From: an uncultured Planctomycetia bacterium
GTDB taxonomy: Bacteria; Omnitrophota; Gorgyraeia; 2-02-FULL-51-18
NCBI GenBank assembly: GCA_964642015.1
Contig: CAZXLF010000002.1
Location: 2,717 to 66,716 of the forward strand
Reading direction: 5' to 3'
DNA: 64,000 nt
The position numbers were made by a program, and so were the translations under genes. Shown piece after piece: positions 18,503-28,637 of this stretch (position 1 is its first letter; each line of letters opens with the position of its first letter). The notes under the pieces were generated by a model. It had not been told where the DNA came from and searched no databases. It worked only from the letters and a program-made list of their open reading frames with translations.

Positions 18503-20471
18503 AAATATTCCGGTCGGTAACGGTTCACTGCTCGTGATGTTCGATGAAAATTATTTGATCAGGGACCTGTATTTCCCGCACGTCGGTTCGGAAAATCACA
18601 CGATAGGACATCCTTTCAGATTTGCCGTGTGGGTAGACGGCCAATTCAGCGAAATGGGCCCCGAATGGCAAAAAGAATTGCGTTATTTGGACGACGGCTT
18701 GACGACCGAGGTGAAGGCTAAAAACGACAGACTCGGCATTGAGCTTGTTTGCTCCGACGCGGTGGATTTTCATCTGAATGTTTATATCAAGAAAATTACC
18801 GTAAAAAATCTAAGGAACCAGGCTAGGGATCTACGCTTATTTTTCAGCCACGATTTTCATATTTCAGGAAACGAAGTCGGCGATACGGCCAATTATGACC
18901 CCAGAAATCAGGCGCTGATCCATTACAAAGACAAACGGTATTTTTTGATCAATTGTTGTAATGAAAAAAAATACGGCGTCGAGCATTTCGCCTGCGGGCT
19001 TAAAGAAACTCAGGGGTTGGAAGGGACTTGGAGAGATGCCGAGGACGGCGTACTTTCCGGTAGCGCCGTGGCTCAGGGTTCCGTGGACTCGACGGCAGGA
19101 ATAAATGTACCGTTGGCCGCCAACTCATCGGCAACCGCTTATTATTGGATATGCGCCGGAAAAAATTATCAGGAAGTGATAGCGTTGAATAAAACTGTCC
19201 AAGAAAAAACGCCTGAACTCCTGCTGAGCCGCACGTCGAATTATTGGAAACTCTGGATCAGCAAAGAATTGTGCCCCGACGGTGAAATGCTTTCACAGAA
19301 AATTTTTCAGCTTCTCAAAAGAAGCCTTCTCATCATACGTACTCAAATAGACAACGACGGCGCGGTCATTGCCGCCAATGACACAGATATCCTGGCTTTT
19401 TCCAGAGATACATACTCTTATATGTGGCCGAGAGACGGCGCTTTTGTGACGGCCTCGCTGATCGAAGCCGGCTATTCGGAAGCCTCCAGAAAATTTTTTA
19501 ATTTTTGTAACAATCTCATCGATCCGGATGGTTTTTTCCTCCACAAATTCAGTCCTGACGGTTCTGTAGGCAGCACTTGGCACGCTTGGTGGAGGGACGG
19601 GCATCATGAACTTGCGATCCAGGAAGATGAGACCGCGCTCGTGCTATGGGCGCTTTGGCGCCATTTTGACCGTTTTCATGATGTGGAATTTATCAAACCG
19701 CTTTATCGCAATATGATCATACGCGCAGCGGAGTTCATGGTGCGTTATCGTGACGAGAAAACAAAACTTCCGCAGCCTTCCTACGATTTATGGGAAGAAC
19801 GCCGCGGTGTGCACACTTTTACGGTTTCAACGGTTTTTGCCGGCCTCACGGCCGCGGCGAATTTTGCCGAGGCCTTCGGAGAAAATGATCTGTCCGCCAA
19901 ATATCGCGCGGCGGCGCAGGAGATAAAGCAATCAATGAAACAGTATATGTTTCATAAAGACTTGAACCGCTTTGCCAAGATAGCTAACCCAAATCAGGCC
20001 AACGGAAAATATGATCTTGATATGACGATTGACGCGAGCCTTATCGGCTTGTGGTACTTTGGCGTTTTTGCTCCGGAGGATCCGTTGGTGGCGTCTACCA
20101 TGAAAGCCGTTTATGATAGGCTTTGGGTAAAAATAGGCGCGGGAGGCATGGCCCGGTACGAAAATGACGCTTATTATCAGGTCGAGAAGAATGACATTCA
20201 GAACGTCCCGGGAAATCCTTGGTTTATCTGCACGCTTTGGTGGGCGCAGTATTTAATCGCAAAGGCCAAAACAAAAGAAGATTTAAAAGAACCTTTCCGA
20301 ATTCTTGAATGGGCCGCGGATCATGCGATGCCTTCGGGTGTGTTGGCTGAACAGGTCCATCCGCGAACGGATGCGCCTCTTTCGGTCTCTCCTCTAACCT
20401 GGAGTCACGCGGCATATGTGCTCGCTGTGTTTGAATATGTCGATCGTACGAATTGTATCAACGCTAAATAA
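18495..20471 (+). CDS. Glycoside hydrolase family 15 (glucoamylase/glucodextranase-like)
   Basis: GH15 motifs 'SYMWPRDGAFV' and 'YDLWEERRG', 658 aa. Confidence 0.6.
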   Translation: MPRNIPVGNGSLLVMFDENYLIRDLYFPHVGSENHTIGHPFRFAVWVDGQFSEMGPEWQKELRYLDDGLTTEVKAKNDRLGIELVCSDAVDFHLNVYIKKITVKNLRNQARDLRLFFSHDFHISGNEVGDTANYDPRNQALIHYKDKRYFLINCCNEKKYGVEHFACGLKETQGLEGTWRDAEDGVLSGSAVAQGSVDSTAGINVPLAANSSATAYYWICAGKNYQEVIALNKTVQEKTPELLLSRTSNYWKLWISKELCPDGEMLSQKIFQLLKRSLLIIRTQIDNDGAVIAANDTDILAFSRDTYSYMWPRDGAFVTASLIEAGYSEASRKFFNFCNNLIDPDGFFLHKFSPDGSVGSTWHAWWRDGHHELAIQEDETALVLWALWRHFDRFHDVEFIKPLYRNMIIRAAEFMVRYRDEKTKLPQPSYDLWEERRGVHTFTVSTVFAGLTAAANFAEAFGENDLSAKYRAAAQEIKQSMKQYMFHKDLNRFAKIANPNQANGKYDLDMTIDASLIGLWYFGVFAPEDPLVASTMKAVYDRLWVKIGAGGMARYENDAYYQVEKNDIQNVPGNPWFICTLWWAQYLIAKAKTKEDLKEPFRILEWAADHAMPSGVLAEQVHPRTDAPLSVSPLTWSHAAYVLAVFEYVDRTNCINAK

Positions 20472-20627
20472 AAGGAAATTATCTAAAAACCTAAAAAATC
20501 CATTAGTTTAGTGAAAAATATTTTATCGCGACCTTTTAACGTATATGTTATTGATTCATACCCAACCTCAGCTATCCATATAGTGAAATTCTGATCTTTT
20601 TGTTTAATTGAAGTTCTTTGCTGGGCA

Positions 20628-20770
20628 GGATAGAATACGGTTTTTCTATGGTGGGCGCCTGCCTGCCGGCTGGCAGGTAAAGCGTCGGCGGACTTCACAG
20701 CGCGTGTCGATTTTGAAAGAATTTGGTGGGCGTAGCTCAGCTTGGTTTGAGCGTCTGACTGCGGCTCTGC
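20628..20770 (+). repeat. Second composite repeat: leader, palindrome variant, tRNA-His upstream region, and a truncated 5' tRNA-His copy
   Basis: 'gggcaggatagaatacggtttttctatggtgggcgcctgcctgccggctggcagg...aaagcgtcggcggacttcacagcgcgtgtcgattttgaaagaatttggtgggcgtagctcagcttggtttgagcgtctgactgcggctc' is near-identical to 22908..23040 up to the anticodon loop. Confidence 0.7.
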
Positions 20771-21006
20771 CCAGAGCTTTATCACCATTTCATTTAGTTT
20801 GATTTTCATTCACAATCTCTCGAAACACGACTCCGCCATTTACCACCAATTACGTGGTTTGATACACTGTTTGCTACTATAGTGCCACTGGTTTATAACT
20901 TGCAGTTAGCGCAGGGCGAGATGAGGATATACAATAGGAGTTCGATTTGATAAAATCTATTTTCATCAAAATATTTTTTAAGGGGTATATTTGATCTATT
21001 AAATCC

Positions 21007-21288
21007 ATGAAATTAAAATATCCCTTTTTTCTCACAGTACCTTTTCTCTTAATATCCAATACTATTTATGCTGAAAAACAAAACACACAGGAGGATTTGT
21101 ATTCTGGGATAAAAAAGGATATCGGCGATCCTGACCGCCCTTTTCAGGTAAAGTTGAACGAATATAATGCCTATTTTTCTACGGGTGAAGAGGCGAATGC
21201 GGATCAAGATGATTCAGAGGAAATTGCAATAAAAGACCCAGATAAAACGTCCCCTTATTTTGAAGTAGGTCTCAGGAAAAAATATTAG
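21007..21288 (+). CDS. Small secreted hypothetical protein
   Basis: N-terminal signal peptide 'MKLKYPFFLTVPFLLISNTIYA', acidic tail. Confidence 0.35.
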   Translation: MKLKYPFFLTVPFLLISNTIYAEKQNTQEDLYSGIKKDIGDPDRPFQVKLNEYNAYFSTGEEANADQDDSEEIAIKDPDKTSPYFEVGLRKKY

Positions 21289-21307
21289 ATAATTAAAAAC
21301 AAGATAA

Positions 21308-22624
21308 ATGTTAACCAAATTTATTGATAGTATAACTTCCAAGGCATCACCTCAAAAGGTTGGCCAGCGTCTCAGGAGTACTCCGCGTAGCTATTTTGAT
21401 TGGAGAAAAGAAAAGAGCTTTAAAGCCGTCGTGAAATATGCCTATAAAAACTCGCCGTTCTATAAACGTAAATTTGAAGAGTTTAAGATTGATCCTAATA
21501 AAGTAAAAAAACCGGAAGATTTGGGTAATTTTTACACTGTTCCGGAAGATATCATTAACTTTGCCGAGGAATTTTTATGTCAAAAACCTCATATTGTTTT
21601 CGAATCTTCGGGAACCACAGGAAAGAATAAAAGGATTTATTTCACACAAGAAGAGCTGAATAACATCGGTAAATACAATGCCATCGGTTTATACGGTTTG
21701 GGTCTTTCCCCGGAAGATCGCATTGTCAATGCTTTTGATTTTTGTGTTTGGATTCCAGGAATGGTTACCCATAAAGGCATAGAGAGAGCTAAGATTTTCT
21801 GCATGGCCGCCGGAAAGATCGAACCGATGGAAGTATATAAACGAATACCCATTTACAAATTTAATGTCGTAATGGGAGAACCGACCTGGCTTATCAAACT
21901 GACCGAGTTAGCGGAAAAGCACGGTTCTCATCCTTTAAAAATGATCATCGGCGGTGCAGAGGCGATGCCGGAAGCGGCCAGGCCCTGGATGGAGAAAGTG
22001 TGGCAGGGAGCTAAAGTTCGTATGGCTTATGGAACAGTCGAGTCGGGCGGTACCCTTGCATTTGAACTTGATCCCGTATGCAAGGCCTATCACGTTAATG
22101 AAAACAATTTTTATGTGGAAATATTCAATCCTGATGAGAACGGTTTTGGAGAAGTCGTCTTTACGACATTAGACAGGACAACAATGCCACTCATTCGGTA
22201 TAGAAATCGCGATATCAGCAAGATCATAGAAGAAAAATGCTACTGCGGACTGTCTTACCGAAAACTGGAGAAGATTCGCGGGCGTACCGATGAGATGGTT
22301 GTTGCGTCCGGTGGCAACTTGTATCCGCTCATGTTTCAAGAGATTTTAAAAGATATTCCAGGAATATCGAATGATTGGCAAGTCATTTTTATGCTGAAAG
22401 GGATCAAAGAAGTCATGCAGTTTCATTTAGAAACCCACACAATGAATGGTGCCAATAAGATCCTGGAAGAAAAGATTTTTGAGAATATCCAAAGGCTTTA
22501 CCCCGATCTTTGGAAGAATTATATGTTAGGGATTTTTAAGATCGATTTTGCTTACCATTTGCCAAACAGTATTCGCACTCAAAGAAAAATGGTTCGTTTG
22601 GTCGATAGACGATATGTCGACTGA
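21308..22624 (+). CDS. Adenylate-forming enzyme, PaaK / CapK / F390-synthetase family
   Basis: 'FESSGTTGKNKRIYF' (AMP-binding P-loop) and 'YGTVESGG'. Confidence 0.6.
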   Translation: MLTKFIDSITSKASPQKVGQRLRSTPRSYFDWRKEKSFKAVVKYAYKNSPFYKRKFEEFKIDPNKVKKPEDLGNFYTVPEDIINFAEEFLCQKPHIVFESSGTTGKNKRIYFTQEELNNIGKYNAIGLYGLGLSPEDRIVNAFDFCVWIPGMVTHKGIERAKIFCMAAGKIEPMEVYKRIPIYKFNVVMGEPTWLIKLTELAEKHGSHPLKMIIGGAEAMPEAARPWMEKVWQGAKVRMAYGTVESGGTLAFELDPVCKAYHVNENNFYVEIFNPDENGFGEVVFTTLDRTTMPLIRYRNRDISKIIEEKCYCGLSYRKLEKIRGRTDEMVVASGGNLYPLMFQEILKDIPGISNDWQVIFMLKGIKEVMQFHLETHTMNGANKILEEKIFENIQRLYPDLWKNYMLGIFKIDFAYHLPNSIRTQRKMVRLVDRRYVD

Positions 22625-22997
22625 AAAAGATTTATTTATATTCTATCCAGTATTTTTTTTGATGCTGTGAATGAGAGTGACATTTGTCATCCGAATCAGA
22701 GTCAGACGACGCTCTAAAGACTGTTTTATATTTTACCGTAACTCGTTCTAAACTCAGAAAGAGAATGCGTTAAGTAGTTTGGTCTAACTCTCGCCTAACA
22801 CAATAAGCCCCACCAAATAGGTAATTGACCTTCAAAGGCAAAATCAATAGAATACCAATGCTACCCGAACACTTTTTTCAACATTCTTTTTTAGTTTAGG
22901 TTTTTTGGTGGGCGCCTGCCTGCCGGCAGGCAGGCAGTTCAGCCCGCCACTAAAGCGTCGGCGGACTTCGCAGCGCGTGTCGATTTTGAAAGAATTT

Positions 22998-23076
22998 GGT
23001 GGGCGTAGCTCAGCTTGGTTAGAGCGTCTGACTGTGGCTCAGAAGGTCGCGAGTTCAAATCTCGTCGCCCACCCCA
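22998..23076 (+). tRNA. tRNA-His (GUG) with encoded G-1 and CCA
   Basis: Cloverleaf read by hand. Acceptor gtgggcg/cgcccac, extra 5' G opposite discriminator C, anticodon loop 'ctGTGgc', T-arm gcgagttcaaatctcgt, 3' CCA. Confidence 0.85.
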
Positions 23077-23301
23077 GATTTTGAAGCTGATTTTTTATTT
23101 CTACCCCAAAATCCATAGTGGGTTTTAGGATTTGAAGAGAGCGCCAAAATTAGCGAACGGTCCTGACCCAGCCCGCCTGCCGGAAGACGGGGAGCCGAGG
23201 TGCACTGCCTGAATTGTAAATAGTGAAGGCAGAGAATAAAAAAGATCTCACCCGAGGTCTTGCGGCTGTGATTATAATGCGAGGCTCTAAGTCGGCGGCA
23301 A

Positions 23302-25557
23302 TCAGTTCTTTTTATCGAGAATTTCGCGGATGATAAGCAGAAGTTCGGCGTGTGTATAAGGTTTTTGTATAAAGCGACAGCCTTTATCCAGCCATTTTTG
23401 CACGACGCTCTGGTCGGAATAACCCGAAGTGAAGAGGATCTTCATTTCGGGGTATTTTTTGAACACATTTTCTGCCAGTTCGTTTCCGCCCATTTGAGGC
23501 ATCACCATATCGGTGAAGATCAGTTTTGGCGCAGACACGTGGCCGCTCAATATTTTTAACGCTTCGAGCCCGGTAGAAGCTTCTTCCACTTGAAAACCCT
23601 GATGAGTGAGGATTTGAAAAGCCAGCGTGCGGACAAGCTCTTCATCCTCTACGATAAGGATAGACTCAATGCCGCGTGGCAACGGCGAAGAAGCCGTAGT
23701 TTCTTTTTTATCTATTTTTTCATCGGAAGGCGGTAGATAGACAAGGAACGCAGTGCCTTTACCGACCTCGCTTTCGGCATAGATGTAACCTCTTGACTGT
23801 TTGACGATACCGTATACGGTCGCAAGACCCAAACCGGTGCCTTTACCTTTTTCCTTTGTCGTAAAAAAAGGCTCGAACAAATGTGATTTGACCTCGGAAG
23901 GAATGCCGCAACCCGTATCTTTTATTTTCAATAAAACATAATCTCCAGGGATCATGCCCATGTAGTGTGCAGCGGTTTTAGAGTCGACCGCCGTTTCCGA
24001 AGTCTCAATGATAAGCTTCCCTCCGTTCGGCATCGCATCTCGGGCGTTCACGACTAAGTTCATCAGAACTTGTTCGATCTGAGCGGGGTCCACTTTGATC
24101 GGTTTCAAATTCTCATTCAGAATAACGACCATCTCAATATCTTCGCGTAATAACCGGCGGAGGAGTTTATCGGTATTTCGAATGATCTCGTTCAAATCCA
24201 TCACTTTGATCTGGAAGATCTGTTTACGGCTGAACGCCAGAAGCTGGCGCGTGAGGTTCGCGGCACGATCCCCGGTCTTCCGTATTTCTTGAACATAGTT
24301 CAGAATAGGACTTTCAGGAGTTATTTTGGAAAGCAAAAGGTCGCAGTTGCCGAGAACAATTGTCAAAAGATTATTGAAATCGTGGGCAACCCCGCCGGCC
24401 AACCGTCCGACCGCCTCCATTTTTTGCGCTTGTCTGAATTGAGCCTCCAGCTTTTTATCGGATGAAATGTCCTGCTTGATCGCTATGAAATGCGTAATTT
24501 TATTCTCGGCGTCTTTAACAGGAGTAATCGTTTGTTTTTCAAAATAAAGCGAGCTATCTTTTCGGCGATTGATCAACTCGCCGGTCCATGTATTTCCGGC
24601 AAGGATCGTTGCCCATAATTGTTTGTACAGCTCAGGTGATTGCTCTCCGGATTTCAGGATGCGCGGTGTTTTTCCGACAGCTTCCTCAAAAGAGTAGCCC
24701 GTCATATTTGTGAAAGAGATATTTACCCATAGGATCACGCCATGCACGTCCGTGATCACGATCCCGTTCGATGCCGCTTCGAGCGTTTTCGATTGAAGGG
24801 CCATCTTCTCTTCATTTGTTTTGCGCTCGGTGATGTCGCGCGCGATGCCTGTGATGCTTTCAACTTCGCCGTTTGGATCTAAAATGGGGATCAATTTGGT
24901 GCTGAGCCATCTCTCACCGGTAGGGAACAAAAGTTTTTCTTCTAAGTGATATGATTTCTTGGATTGTATTACGGTCTCAAAATTTTTCTTTATCCATAGA
25001 TAATCTTTTTCAGAGAAGATCTCACTTAAATATTTTCCGATCACCTGATCCGGAGGCGCCTTGAACAAGCTTGCGGAAAAAGTGTTGGCGTAGATTATAC
25101 GGCAATCTTTTCTGCATTGAAAGATCGCATCTTCGGCCGATTCGGTTAGTGTTTTATACCGTTGCTCGCTTTCTGATAAAGCATTTTGCATTTTTTTTCT
25201 GTGTTCTATATCTCTGAGTACGATCAGTATTTCTGAATCGCCATCATCATATTTGATCAGCTGGGAATGGACTTCATAGGGATGTCGGGAACCATCTTTA
25301 AATATAAACTCCATTTCATACGGAGGCCTTTCTTTCTGGACCAATGTCAGCGCAAATTCACTCATTGCTTTTGGAAGTGACAATGCTGAAATGACACCGG
25401 CTGTGGCAAACGAGTGTCCAACCAGCTCAGAGGAGGAGTAGCCGGAAATTTTTTCAGCCTGGTGATTTAGACTTTTTATGGACCCGTTAGAAGCGAGCAC
25501 TACGATGGGGTCCGGCGCTGAAAATAGCAGTTTTTCGTACCGATCGTTTTTATTCAT
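23302..25557 (-). CDS. Hybrid sensor histidine kinase with multiple PAS domains and a C-terminal receiver
   Basis: H-box 'VAHDFNNLLTIVLGNCDLL', HATPase G-boxes, C-terminal 'ILIVEDEELVR...TDMVMPQMGG'. Confidence 0.8.
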   Translation of the reverse strand: MNKNDRYEKLLFSAPDPIVVLASNGSIKSLNHQAEKISGYSSSELVGHSFATAGVISALSLPKAMSEFALTLVQKERPPYEMEFIFKDGSRHPYEVHSQLIKYDDGDSEILIVLRDIEHRKKMQNALSESEQRYKTLTESAEDAIFQCRKDCRIIYANTFSASLFKAPPDQVIGKYLSEIFSEKDYLWIKKNFETVIQSKKSYHLEEKLLFPTGERWLSTKLIPILDPNGEVESITGIARDITERKTNEEKMALQSKTLEAASNGIVITDVHGVILWVNISFTNMTGYSFEEAVGKTPRILKSGEQSPELYKQLWATILAGNTWTGELINRRKDSSLYFEKQTITPVKDAENKITHFIAIKQDISSDKKLEAQFRQAQKMEAVGRLAGGVAHDFNNLLTIVLGNCDLLLSKITPESPILNYVQEIRKTGDRAANLTRQLLAFSRKQIFQIKVMDLNEIIRNTDKLLRRLLREDIEMVVILNENLKPIKVDPAQIEQVLMNLVVNARDAMPNGGKLIIETSETAVDSKTAAHYMGMIPGDYVLLKIKDTGCGIPSEVKSHLFEPFFTTKEKGKGTGLGLATVYGIVKQSRGYIYAESEVGKGTAFLVYLPPSDEKIDKKETTASSPLPRGIESILIVEDEELVRTLAFQILTHQGFQVEEASTGLEALKILSGHVSAPKLIFTDMVMPQMGGNELAENVFKKYPEMKILFTSGYSDQSVVQKWLDKGCRFIQKPYTHAELLLIIREILDKKN

Positions 25558-25707
25558 ACAAATTTTCAGATAGAACGGCGATTATTGTATTATGAATTAT
25601 AAATGCTATACTATATTAATATATTTTAACAAAAAGCAAAAGATAGCATATTATACTACATTATAATAAGTAAACAGAGCTAAATCAACAGCCAAACTAT
25701 TATTCAA

Positions 25708-26487
25708 ATGGTAGAGACTGACCCAAAAAAAGATCTGTTAACCGACGAATCAGAAAAAACCAAAATATTGTGGTTTTTGGGCCTGTTATCAATTTGCACG
25801 ACACCGATCTTTATCTATGGATATTCCAAATGGGGGGCGCCGGCTGCGAGCTTCGCCGTCCTTTTGTCGGTACCGTTTTTTTTACTCAATTATATTATAT
25901 GGCGTATTTTTCATTCTTCGGCTTTTGCCGGTAATTTTATCATTGCGATAGGTTATTTTTTATTTTTGGCCATCTCTATCTATACCGGAGGTGTGGATTC
26001 ACCGGCAATCATATGGACAGTCGCTATACCCATGGTCGCGACGACTATTTGCGGTCTAAGATCGGGATTTGTCTGGTTTGTGCTGGTGGTTCTAAAGATC
26101 GGTATTTTAGAATGGATGGATTTTCACGGGAACCATTTTATACATGAGATCCCCGAAGGAAGGGAGTTAGATATAGCTTTTTGCGTTAATACGATAGCGG
26201 TCGTATTTTTTACTTTTTTTATTTCCGCAAGTTCCGAATTTTATAAAGAAAAATATCTTAAGAGGATCAGAGAAAGCAATGAACAGCTCCAAAAAGCGTT
26301 GGATAGCATCCGCACTTTAAAAGGCCTTTTGCCGATCTGCGCCTGGTGTAAAAAGATCCGCAATGACAAGGGTTATTGGGACAAATTGGAAACGTATGTG
26401 TCCGCGAATACGGAAGCCGAATTCACGCATGGCATTTGCCCTGAGTGTTTGTCCAAGCAGATAAAGAAAGTTAATCCTGCGCTGTGA
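25708..26487 (+). CDS. Membrane sensor protein: a 6–7 TM N-terminal domain and a C-terminal Cys-rich zinc-ribbon-like motif
   Basis: Hydrophobic helices, then 'LKGLLPICAWCKKIRNDKGYWDKLETYVSANTEAEFTHGICPEC'. Confidence 0.4.
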   Translation: MVETDPKKDLLTDESEKTKILWFLGLLSICTTPIFIYGYSKWGAPAASFAVLLSVPFFLLNYIIWRIFHSSAFAGNFIIAIGYFLFLAISIYTGGVDSPAIIWTVAIPMVATTICGLRSGFVWFVLVVLKIGILEWMDFHGNHFIHEIPEGRELDIAFCVNTIAVVFFTFFISASSEFYKEKYLKRIRESNEQLQKALDSIRTLKGLLPICAWCKKIRNDKGYWDKLETYVSANTEAEFTHGICPECLSKQIKKVNPAL

Positions 26488-26506
26488 AAATCAAGGCTGA
26501 GTTCTA

Positions 26507-27043
26507 ATGGACAAAAGCGTTATGAACGGAGAGGCGGTGTTATTGGCGCGGTGGCAGAGTGAAGACGACCCTGCCGCGCTGAGGTCATTGTTGCAGCGTT
26601 ACCTGAAATCAAGTTACGCGTTAATATTGAATCTCACCGGCTGTGACCGGAATACAGCTTATGAATTTACCGCCTCAATTCTCGCCAAAAGCATAGAATC
26701 CCTCAATAGTTCTTCTCATGCCTTTTTTCTGCCGGCGTTGCAACTGCTGGTGGATGAATGTTCTCGGATCAGTCCGGCCGCTTTTTTCGATTCCTCACAG
26801 TTTTTGAGTTTACCGCCAGAAAAACGCGAGTCTGCCAAAGTATTAAAAGAAGCGCTTTTTGCGCTGCCGTACGGATCGAGAACAATGATCTTGTTAAGAG
26901 ATCAATTGAATTTGTCTTACAAAGAGATCTCGGACGTATTAGCCATAACGGAAAGGGAAGCGCGCTCGACGACTTTTCGCATCCGCGGTGAACTGAGAGA
27001 TAAGATCGAGGAAGCTTTAAATCGTCATCGAGGAAAGCCATGA
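26507..27043 (+). CDS. ECF-type RNA polymerase sigma factor
   Basis: Region-4-like 'LSYKEISDVLAITEREARSTTFRIRGELRDKIEE'. It is translationally coupled to a downstream anti-sigma-like gene. Confidence 0.5.
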   Translation: MDKSVMNGEAVLLARWQSEDDPAALRSLLQRYLKSSYALILNLTGCDRNTAYEFTASILAKSIESLNSSSHAFFLPALQLLVDECSRISPAAFFDSSQFLSLPPEKRESAKVLKEALFALPYGSRTMILLRDQLNLSYKEISDVLAITEREARSTTFRIRGELRDKIEEALNRHRGKP

Positions 27044-27855
27044 CTTGCCAGGAGACGCGTCAGAAACTGACGTCTTATTTGGAAGACCTTTTGCAGGAAA
27101 ATGAGTATCAAGAGGTCAGAGAGCATTTAAGCGAATGTTCAAAATGCAAATCATATGCAGACGCAACCGGTTCTTTATCCTACAAGATCTGGGAATTGGG
27201 TGAGGTCCCGGTACCGGAAGACCTTCTTTCGACGATCCTTTTTCGGTTAAAACATCCCGAACCCGGAAAGGTCGCACGAACAGAAATAGATCATCCGCCT
27301 CAAGCCAAGGCCAAAGCAAACCCGGTTTTGATCGGCACGTTGCTTATTTTGGGAGCTTCGACGTTTTTTTTCGCAGGAATGCATTTGAAATCGGCCACTT
27401 CTTTGGGCCGTCAATCATCCGAGACATCGCCGCCTAATATAAACATGGGTCGGTCCGCGATCTCACCACTTGAAACCACAACGGAAATGATCAAAACTAT
27501 TCTTTATGGGATGAAAGGCGCTTCAAGCGACGAGAAGATTGCCAAATTAGAAAGCATGCTGGCTGAATCAAATAAACGACCGACCTCATTAAAAGACTGG
27601 AGGCCGGTGCATTGGCACTATCATGTATCTAGTTCGAGCCAGGCGGAACTGTTGCAATTGATCCGCGATCAAGGTTTAACGATCGATTATGAGTCGTCAA
27701 AATTTTTATTATTGTATGTTCCCAAGTCCAAATTAGGGGCGTTCGACCGCGGAATGAGCGGTCTCAGCGGAATCACGACTGAGTTTAACAAATCGGAAAT
27801 AAAGAACGTGACGGACGAATCCGTGCAAGTTTCTGTTTTTATGATCGATAAATAA
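27040..27855 (+). CDS. Putative anti-sigma factor (zf-HC2-like N-terminus and a TM segment)
   Basis: 'HLSECSKCKSY' follows the Hx3Cx2C pattern; a single TM 'VLIGTLLILGASTFFFAG' follows. The start overlaps the sigma-factor stop. Confidence 0.45.
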   Translation: MTCQETRQKLTSYLEDLLQENEYQEVREHLSECSKCKSYADATGSLSYKIWELGEVPVPEDLLSTILFRLKHPEPGKVARTEIDHPPQAKAKANPVLIGTLLILGASTFFFAGMHLKSATSLGRQSSETSPPNINMGRSAISPLETTTEMIKTILYGMKGASSDEKIAKLESMLAESNKRPTSLKDWRPVHWHYHVSSSSQAELLQLIRDQGLTIDYESSKFLLLYVPKSKLGAFDRGMSGLSGITTEFNKSEIKNVTDESVQVSVFMIDK

Positions 27856-27857
27856 CC

Positions 27858-28622
27858 ATGTCGCATATACTTGTCGTTGATGATGATCTTCAGATCCGTG
27901 AATTGGCTCGCAATGTTTTAAGCGACGCAGGGCATAAGATCGTCACGGTGCCGAGTGCCGAGCAGGCGTTTGAGGAAGTTAACTCGCGTATCTTCGATCT
28001 TATTTTGCTGGATGTCAATATGTCCGGGGAATCCGGAGTCTCATTTTTAAAGAAGATCCGAGCGGCGAAAAATGCCACTCCCATCGTGGTCTATTCGGGC
28101 ATGATCACAACAGACGATGAAAAAGAACTTCGGATGGCAGGCGCAAATGAGATCATCCGAAAAGGCGAAAGCGTCGGCAAATTAACGGCACAGATCGAAA
28201 AGGTCTTGAAGGCCTCGGGACATCTGTTTCAAGAGCCGTTAAAAACTTCGGATCGAGCGATCCTGATCGTGGATGATGAACACGCGATCCGCATGCTTTT
28301 GACGAGTTTTTTCAGATCGAAAAATTTCCGGACGGTGGAGGCTGAGAACGGGCAAAAAGCCATCGAGGCGGCCCAGCGTGAAAAACCTTTGGCGGTGTTA
28401 TTGGATATTCAGATGCCTGTCATGGACGGTTTGACCACTTTGCAGAAACTTCTCCAAATTTATCCAAAATTGGGTGTGGTGATGGTTACTGCGGAACAGG
28501 ATGACGAAAAAGTTCATCGCGCGATAGATCTCGGTGCTTACGGTTACGTGATCAAACCATTTGATTTTGTTTATTTGGACCTGGTGGTCATGTCCAAACT
28601 CATTATTGCCGGAAGTTATTGA
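27858..28622 (+). CDS. Response regulator with two tandem receiver domains
   Basis: 'ILVVDDDLQIREL...LLDVNMSGESG' and 'ILIVDDEHAIRML...LLDIQMPVMDG'. Confidence 0.7.
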   Translation: MSHILVVDDDLQIRELARNVLSDAGHKIVTVPSAEQAFEEVNSRIFDLILLDVNMSGESGVSFLKKIRAAKNATPIVVYSGMITTDDEKELRMAGANEIIRKGESVGKLTAQIEKVLKASGHLFQEPLKTSDRAILIVDDEHAIRMLLTSFFRSKNFRTVEAENGQKAIEAAQREKPLAVLLDIQMPVMDGLTTLQKLLQIYPKLGVVMVTAEQDDEKVHRAIDLGAYGYVIKPFDFVYLDLVVMSKLIIAGSY

Positions 28623-28637
28623 GCGAGGAGATGTGAT

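Noticed and set aside
15262-23076. Possible CRISPR array, given the repeated 'ggtgggcgcctgcctgccggcaggcagg' units
   Set aside because: There are only three copies, at irregular 5.3-kb and 2.2-kb spacing, with protein-coding genes between them. The units are tRNA-His-derived and no cas genes are present. Not CRISPR.
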